Shown here one piece after another: positions 47,451 to 52,828 of a stretch of DNA of 52,828 nt. The position numbers and the translations under genes are program-made. The DNA comes from a virus (taxonomy: Duplodnaviria > Caudoviricetes). Under the pieces are notes generated by a model, which searched no databases, was not told where the DNA came from, and saw nothing but the letters and a program-made list of their open reading frames with translations. Location: IMG/VR virus record IMGVR_UViG_3300021449_000498, positions 1 through 52,828 of that record. The stretch is one strand, 5' to 3'. Every line of letters begins with the position of its first letter. Position 1 is the stretch's first letter.

Positions 47451-47531
47451 GCTTTCCTCGTCGGTTCTCGCTTCCGCGCGCTTCGTGCAAACTCCTAACA
47501 CTTATATTCAGTAGACGCGGCACCGGTTTCT

Positions 47532-47819
47532 ATGTCGCCACAAACACCCGGCGGACCCTCGGTACCCGGCACCATTGACCCCTGGGAAAACTCGAAATGG
47601 AAAGGCCTGCGGCCCGAAGTGAAAGGCAAACTCGTCTATTGCCCCTACTGTCAAACAGCCAGCGTTCTCGGGAATTTCAACTTTGCCTGCATGTTCATGC
47701 CCGCGCTAAAAGACGAGAACGGCGCGTTTTCGTACAAAGGTGCCGACGGCGAGTGTCCTGAATGTGACCGCTACGTTAGGCTTAAGGACACCGAGGACGT
47801 GGAAACAAGCGGAGTCTAA
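47532..47819 (+). CDS. Zinc-finger protein
   Basis: CPYC...CPEC; CTTATA box upstream. Confidence 0.72.
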   Translation: MSPQTPGGPSVPGTIDPWENSKWKGLRPEVKGKLVYCPYCQTASVLGNFNFACMFMPALKDENGAFSYKGADGECPECDRYVRLKDTEDVETSGV

Positions 47820-47822
47820 CGC

Positions 47823-48146
47823 ATGACAAAAACTGTCTCGGTTACCCTATACGATAGGGAAGACGAAGACGACGAACAAGAGCTGAAAGAACGGAAAGAA
47901 AGAAACAGAAACAGTTTTCCCCCACACTTCGTTTTACCGCGAGACGAACGATTCGTAGCAGTCGGGCAAACCGTAGCGACTGAAAGCATCAGAAACAACG
48001 AACTGCTAACGGATAAAATGATAACAGTCGTGAAAGCCGCCCGAAGTCCCGAAGACGCGGTTCAAGACGCCGCTATGGAATTTTCTGACCGGACGTTTGG
48101 ATACGCTCGAAGCGTCACCTACGAAAACCTGGAGAAAGAAGTATGA
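47823..48146 (+). CDS. Hypothetical protein
   Basis: 107-aa acidic ORF, tightly packed with neighbours. Confidence 0.65.
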   Translation: MTKTVSVTLYDREDEDDEQELKERKERNRNSFPPHFVLPRDERFVAVGQTVATESIRNNELLTDKMITVVKAARSPEDAVQDAAMEFSDRTFGYARSVTYENLEKEV

Positions 48147-48754
48147 GCGACCGCTATATCGAACCCGAAAGCGGGCGCGAAAGCGAAACACCAACCGCCG
48201 AAGGCGAAGATGAGGACTCAGGTGCCGGCGCGGATGTTTCCCCGGACGGTGCCGGGCACGTCACACCGTTCGTGCATCAAGTCGCGAACCGAAGCCCGCT
48301 ACTGGCGGCATACTTCAAGACGATTGCCGACCGAACCCCAGAAGCCGAAGCCGACGAATTCAATCCGTCCGACCTACCGTTTACCGCGTCATTCGACAGC
48401 GTTCTTTCCCGGCTTCCGGTCGTGGGGTCCTGGTTCGAGAACACACAAGACATTACCTGGATTATGGCGCTGTGTATCCATTTCGGGGTAATGTTGGAAC
48501 GCGAATACCCCCACAACCGGGATAACTTAGAGGAAGCCGGTCAAGCTCTCGATTGTATGGGTCACTACATGAACCACGACGAATCTATCGAGACCGGCGA
48601 AGCTATCCGCCCGGTCCACCCACACGACCTTTCCCACCGCGTGGAAAAGCCAAAATCCGGCTACGATAGTGAGGAAGAATATCTTGCGGCGCTGGACGAA
48701 GAACTGCGAAAGAACCTTCAACAGTTCGAACATAGCGAAGACGGCGAAGACTAA
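48143..48754 (+). CDS. Hypothetical protein
   Basis: 203-aa acidic ORF, ATGA overlap. Confidence 0.7.
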   Translation: MSDRYIEPESGRESETPTAEGEDEDSGAGADVSPDGAGHVTPFVHQVANRSPLLAAYFKTIADRTPEAEADEFNPSDLPFTASFDSVLSRLPVVGSWFENTQDITWIMALCIHFGVMLEREYPHNRDNLEEAGQALDCMGHYMNHDESIETGEAIRPVHPHDLSHRVEKPKSGYDSEEEYLAALDEELRKNLQQFEHSEDGED

Positions 48755-48787
48755 CGTTCTTTAGCAGAGACCGGCGAATCCGGTCGT

Positions 48788-49927
48788 ATGGCTTCCGACG
48801 ACTACCGCCCGCTTTACGGTATCGCAAACGTTTTCGGCGTTTCTCACGAACCTGACGGCACCCTCGTTGCACTCGTGGACGAAAAAGTTCCTGAGAGCGA
48901 ACTACACGACCACGATGTCATAGCGACCGCTATCGAGGACGTGACGCGCGCGTTCGGAATTTTCCCACCCGACGAGTCCGACGTAGTGGAAGTCGGTCAA
49001 CCTTCGATTCACGATGAGGGCGCGTCGTGGTCCCCTGGCCTGGAGGAAACCGTAGCGGACCCAACCCCCGCCCAACATAGAAAGCGGCGGCGGCCGCCGC
49101 GGGCCGGCCTAAGCGAAATCAACGTAGACGGAACCGCCGCGACCGCCGGGACGCTTGCCGTAGACGACGACAGCGGCGAACGCGTTCGAGTCTCGAATCA
49201 GCACGTCTATGGCCTCGCAGGCCGGGCGGCTTCGGGGAGCGCAATCGTGCAGCCTTCGCCTATCGACACCGGCGAAGCGCCTGCGGACAAAGTAGGCGAA
49301 TACATCCGCGGCATTACAATGGTAGACGGCACCAAAGCCGACGCCGCAATTCGGTCGCTCACTGACGCCGAACGACAGCAAGCCCCAAAGGCAGAGACGA
49401 TTTACGGCCTCGGGACTATTTCACAAGTTCGCCGAACGTATTCGAAAATGAACGGCGTCGAACTGGCAAAAAGCGGCCGAACGACCGGCGTCAGTCGAAA
49501 CGCAGTGAAAGCTACGCAGGCGAACATCCGGGTGCGCTACGGAAAAGACCGAATAGTCGAACGAAAAGACGTTCTCGTGTTAGACCCCATGTCCCGCGGC
49601 GGCGATAGCGGAAGCCCGCTTGTTCGCGAACTGTCTGACGAGTCCGCGAATAGCACCCTGGAGTTAGTTGGGCACGTTTTCGCCGGGTCGAAACGCGCTA
49701 CAATCGCAGACAAAGCGAAAAACATCGAAGACGAATTGAACGTCACGTTTCTTCTGTTCGAAGAACCAGAACCCGACGAGCCGCCGCGGGACGAGCCGCC
49801 GCGCGAAACCCCCGACGAACCGGGCAAAAAAATGAGCCTACAAGACGCGCTCATTGCCGTCCTAAAAGAACTGGCGACGCTATTACAGGCACTTACGCTT
49901 TACATCGAACGGTCGAATCGGGAATAA
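48788..49927 (+). CDS. Trypsin-like (S1/PA clan) serine protease
   Basis: TAGTL, SNQHV (His), ADAAI (Asp), KSGRTTG, GGDSGSP (Ser), LVGHVFAG. Confidence 0.9.
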   Translation: MASDDYRPLYGIANVFGVSHEPDGTLVALVDEKVPESELHDHDVIATAIEDVTRAFGIFPPDESDVVEVGQPSIHDEGASWSPGLEETVADPTPAQHRKRRRPPRAGLSEINVDGTAATAGTLAVDDDSGERVRVSNQHVYGLAGRAASGSAIVQPSPIDTGEAPADKVGEYIRGITMVDGTKADAAIRSLTDAERQQAPKAETIYGLGTISQVRRTYSKMNGVELAKSGRTTGVSRNAVKATQANIRVRYGKDRIVERKDVLVLDPMSRGGDSGSPLVRELSDESANSTLELVGHVFAGSKRATIADKAKNIEDELNVTFLLFEEPEPDEPPRDEPPRETPDEPGKKMSLQDALIAVLKELATLLQALTLYIERSNRE

Positions 49928-49930
49928 AAC

Positions 49931-50872
49931 ATGTCCGTAGCCAGTGGCGACCCAAGTAATACGAAAACGCTTCGCGAACGCCAGTATCGTCCCGACCTTA
50001 CCACCCGATTCGACGCTGTGGTTCGTGTCCTTCGGGAAACAATCGGCAGAAACGACGCCCTCGGTCTAAACGAATCGGACTTGTCGGACTTATCAGCCTC
50101 ACTGGCGGAATACGACCCGGAGAAATTCAAGCCGGCGGACCACTTTAGCGGCGGCGACTTAGCGCGTCGCGACGCGTTTGTGAATCGTCTCGACTATTGG
50201 CTGTCCGAAGGCGTACTGGAACAAATGGACCCGCAGGACATAAACGTAGGCAAGCACTTTACCGGAAAATACGTTCGTGCAGCGGCGTCTAAAGGCGAAG
50301 GATTCGCTGTAAGCCAATTAGAACAAGACGGCATAGATGTCCCCCGAACGGGCGACGAAGCCGTAGCAAGCGCGTTAGACCGTCCTGTAAGAGTGCAGCT
50401 ACTAAGCCGTCTCTATCAACGGAACTACGACTACCTGGAAGGCATTACGTCGGACGTATCCGACGACATTGCCGACGAACTGGCAAAGGGGGCCTTCCGC
50501 GGCGAAAATCCGCTCGAAGTCGCCGCGAAACTAAACGGGCGGGTGAAAGGTATCGGACGCTGGAGAGCCGAAGTTCTCGCGAGGACCGAAACGCTATACG
50601 CTCATAACTCGACAGCCGTAGAAGTCTACGACCAATGGTATGACAAAGACCGAGAATTGGGCTATAGTATCGAAGGTTCGAATAGCAACCCGAACGCCGC
50701 GGGAAGCGAACAAATGGAACACATTACCGCGGGCGATAGCCGAGTATGTGCCGAATGTCGGGCCTTAGAAGGCCGAACCATGACTATTCGCGAAGTCAAA
50801 AACAACCCAGGCGAGTACATGCCGCCGGTGTGTACCCACGCTCAATGTCGTTGTACTGTCGTTTTGGCGTAA
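49931..50872 (+). CDS. Head morphogenesis protein (SPP1 gp7/MuF family)
   Basis: RAEVLARTETLYAHN, DSRVCAECRALEG and PPVCTHAQCRCTV motifs. Confidence 0.92.
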   Translation: MSVASGDPSNTKTLRERQYRPDLTTRFDAVVRVLRETIGRNDALGLNESDLSDLSASLAEYDPEKFKPADHFSGGDLARRDAFVNRLDYWLSEGVLEQMDPQDINVGKHFTGKYVRAAASKGEGFAVSQLEQDGIDVPRTGDEAVASALDRPVRVQLLSRLYQRNYDYLEGITSDVSDDIADELAKGAFRGENPLEVAAKLNGRVKGIGRWRAEVLARTETLYAHNSTAVEVYDQWYDKDRELGYSIEGSNSNPNAAGSEQMEHITAGDSRVCAECRALEGRTMTIREVKNNPGEYMPPVCTHAQCRCTVVLA

Positions 50873-50921
50873 CGCCGGAAAAATAGTCCGAACTGCGGCC
50901 AGGAAGCGCGCCGCGCGCGTT

Positions 50922-51254
50922 TCAGAAGCGCGTCTTCTCGCGGAAGACGTGATACCACACGCCTGTTAATGCAAGGGTCGCGAGAACGAGCGGAACAGTA
51001 CCATACGCGCCCGCACCTTGTCCCAACGCGACGAGCGAAATAATCGAAAACGTAAGCGCCCCAAGGATATACGACGCGAGAAAGCGCGCGAACGCCTTGG
51101 TTCGGGGAAGCCGTTCGCCGAAAACGAACCCGCTACCGCTGTCCTCGGTCGCGGCAGCGTTCGGGCTTGGGTCCGTAGTCACGTCTAATTCGCTATCGAT
51201 TTCAACGCTGTTCTCCGCCTCGCCTCGTTCGCTCGCTTGGGTCTTTGTACCCAT
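50922..51254 (-). CDS. Two-TM membrane protein
   Basis: Acidic N-terminus, two hydrophobic helices; GAAGGTTTATTTA promoter upstream. Confidence 0.72.
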   Translation of the reverse strand: MGTKTQASERGEAENSVEIDSELDVTTDPSPNAAATEDSGSGFVFGERLPRTKAFARFLASYILGALTFSIISLVALGQGAGAYGTVPLVLATLALTGVWYHVFREKTRF

Positions 51255-51319
51255 ACACCTGTGAAACAGGTGGGAATAAATAAACCTTCTGGCTCGTCTT
51301 TGGGGCCGCTTTTCGCGCT

Positions 51320-52582
51320 TTAGCGCGAGAAGAACGAATGATTACTCAGGTGAGCCAAAAACTCGTCGCGTGCTTCATAATCCGGGCGAGTCTCGGTGAC
51401 ACCGCCCGCAGGACCGCCGCGGTAGTACGCACCGTTGAAGTCTAACGTCTCGCTATCGATTTCGACCGGCACCGACACAGCCTCATCGTTGCTTACATCC
51501 AGCACGAAGAGGGCGAGAAGGTCGCCCTCGAATTCGAACCCGTCCGCGAACTGCGGAAGGAACCACCCGCCGACCATACCAAGATGTTCCCCCGCTACGT
51601 CCGTCTCGTCGCCCCGGTCGATTTCCGACAAGTCCGAATCGAGGCGGGCACTACCCGACGTAATCGCATACCAGTGTAGGGCTTCGCTCTTGTCCCGCGG
51701 TTCCGACCCCTCGCCGCCAAGAACGCACCGGTGGGAAAAGCCGCGCGGTTCGGTGCGCTTCGAGCCGTCCGAACCGTCACCCAGAGCCGCCTCGCGCGCC
51801 GTGCGGGGTACACCATTTGGCATACCCAGGTCGGGGTCCGAACCGACGTTTCGCATAACGATTTCATCCGAACTGTGCTTCTTTCCGACCTGATTGCCAC
51901 TCGGGGCTAAGTCCGAATCCTCGATAACCGTCTTCCGGCCGGATTCATCGTCTTGGGACATGACTGCGGGCGAAGCGTGCGGTCCCGAAGCCAGCATATC
52001 CGAATCGATGATTTTCACCGTGCCTTCTTCTTTGTGCCACACACAGCGCGAAAACTTCCCCTGACGGCGCTTCAAGCCTACGTCACCGTCCGAAATAGAA
52101 ACACAGTTCCGAACCTCGCCCGAAGCAAGTCGCATGTTAGCCGTGTTGTTATTGCGGAAGTACGAATCTTCGAAATAAATATCTGCGCCGCCCGACGGTT
52201 TCGAAGAATGGCCGGGCGCGCTTGCATAAACGCAGTTATCCACCCAATTTTGCCCGTTGATGTTGCGGAACGTAACCGTCCCCTGAGTCTGCCGGCCAAC
52301 GAAGACGAGCGTGTTGTGATAGCCCGGAATACAGCCGTCCGCCCCGTAGACGTTTTCGAGAACAGCGTCTCCCGTGGTTTTGATGCTAATAACTTGTTCT
52401 TTGCCTTCGTGGGAATTCCGGCCTTTCACGCCGATATTTTTGACGTGCGGGCTGTGCCCCCGAATGTCGAGATTGTAGTGCGACCCAGGCGCGCTAATGT
52501 CGATAAGTAGGCCCTCGTCATAGGTGCCGCCCTCGATTCGCTTGCCGCGGGTCTCGCCAGGTGGGACAGTTACGGTCTCCAT
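51320..52582 (-). CDS. Right-handed parallel beta-helix (pectin lyase-like) protein
   Basis: Likely start METVTVPPG at 52582; Asn-ladder-like strands (VKNIG, LENVY, FRNIN, FEDSYFRNN, VRNC, IIDS, IEDS). Confidence 0.7.
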   Translation of the reverse strand: METVTVPPGETRGKRIEGGTYDEGLLIDISAPGSHYNLDIRGHSPHVKNIGVKGRNSHEGKEQVISIKTTGDAVLENVYGADGCIPGYHNTLVFVGRQTQGTVTFRNINGQNWVDNCVYASAPGHSSKPSGGADIYFEDSYFRNNNTANMRLASGEVRNCVSISDGDVGLKRRQGKFSRCVWHKEEGTVKIIDSDMLASGPHASPAVMSQDDESGRKTVIEDSDLAPSGNQVGKKHSSDEIVMRNVGSDPDLGMPNGVPRTAREAALGDGSDGSKRTEPRGFSHRCVLGGEGSEPRDKSEALHWYAITSGSARLDSDLSEIDRGDETDVAGEHLGMVGGWFLPQFADGFEFEGDLLALFVLDVSNDEAVSVPVEIDSETLDFNGAYYRGGPAGGVTETRPDYEARDEFLAHLSNHSFFSR

Positions 52583-52602
52583 ACTGCGTACTTTCTCGGT
52601 CC

Positions 52603-52749
52603 CGCTTGAATTGTTTTCGGGTTCGGTTTCGCCCCGCGAAACCGGGGGAAATCCGGGCAATGTATCAGATTGCCCGCATACGTGTGCGCCCCCACGGGGG
52701 CTTCTCACCGAACTATCGGATATGCGAAACGTCGGGAACAATTCGGGCG
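52603..52749 (+). ncRNA. Candidate structured RNA 4 (or structured ssDNA origin)
   Basis: 17-bp closing helix 52603-52619 with 52733-52749 (four G-U pairs, no mismatch) enclosing several hairpins. Confidence 0.55.
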
Positions 52750-52775
52750 TCTTAGCGGCTCTAAACGAAAAGTCG

Positions 52776-52815
52776 AAAGTATCGGCAACCCCGTCGGGGT
52801 ATTCTATTAGAAGAA
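52776..52815 (+). repeat. 40-nt dispersed repeat, copy B
   Basis: AAAGTATCGGCAACCCCGTCGGGGTATTCTATTAGAAGAA; 33/40 identical to 27288-27327. Confidence 0.8.
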
Positions 52816-52828
52816 GGGGAAACCGGGG

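Larger units (their letters stand above)
1..52828. mobile_element. Tailed haloarchaeal virus genome (siphovirus-like), probably complete and circularly permuted
   Basis: Full set of terminase, portal, capsid, tail and replication genes; acidic proteome; archaeal TFB and BRE/TATA promoters; head module is split across the window ends; no sheath or integrase recognised. Confidence 0.93.

Noticed and set aside
9610-50919. Short CG-alternating runs after stop codons (9610, 20385, 50906) as possible Z-DNA elements
   Set aside because: Short and plausible by chance in this CG-rich genome; no count was possible

Overview
The window looks like a complete or near-complete, circularly permuted genome of a tailed haloarchaeal virus (class Caudoviricetes, siphovirus-type). 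Evidence: very acidic proteins, BRE/TATA promoters about 25-30 nt before start codons, a viral TFIIB, and apparent GATC/CTAG avoidance. Packaging and head genes (TerS, TerL, portal, MuF/gp7 at 42-51 kb) continue across the window end into protease, scaffold, decoration and HK97-fold capsid genes (0.6-3.4 kb). Then come neck, tail tube, a tail chaperone with a G GGA AAC -1 frameshift, tape measure and tail-tip/adhesin genes (to 23 kb). The replication and recombination block (23.8-40.3 kb) has a primase-helicase fusion, SSB-like protein, PD-(D/E)XK and Cas4-like nucleases, TFB, PolB, ERCC4 nuclease and an SF2 helicase. No integrase, tRNA or CRISPR array was recognised. The most novel-looking signals lie outside the ORF track: (i) four compact, highly structured intergenic elements that look like ncRNA genes (40806, 40956, 47355, 52603), two sharing a CCAGTTAGGT promoter element and one carrying an anti-Shine-Dalgarno-like tract; (ii) a 40-nt repeat at nearly opposite points of the circle; (iii) several unannotated zinc-finger microproteins; (iv) a trypsin-like protease, beta-helix protein and membrane protein cluster that could be an envelope-degrading or egress module. 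All product calls come from reading motifs and gene order by eye; no database search was run.
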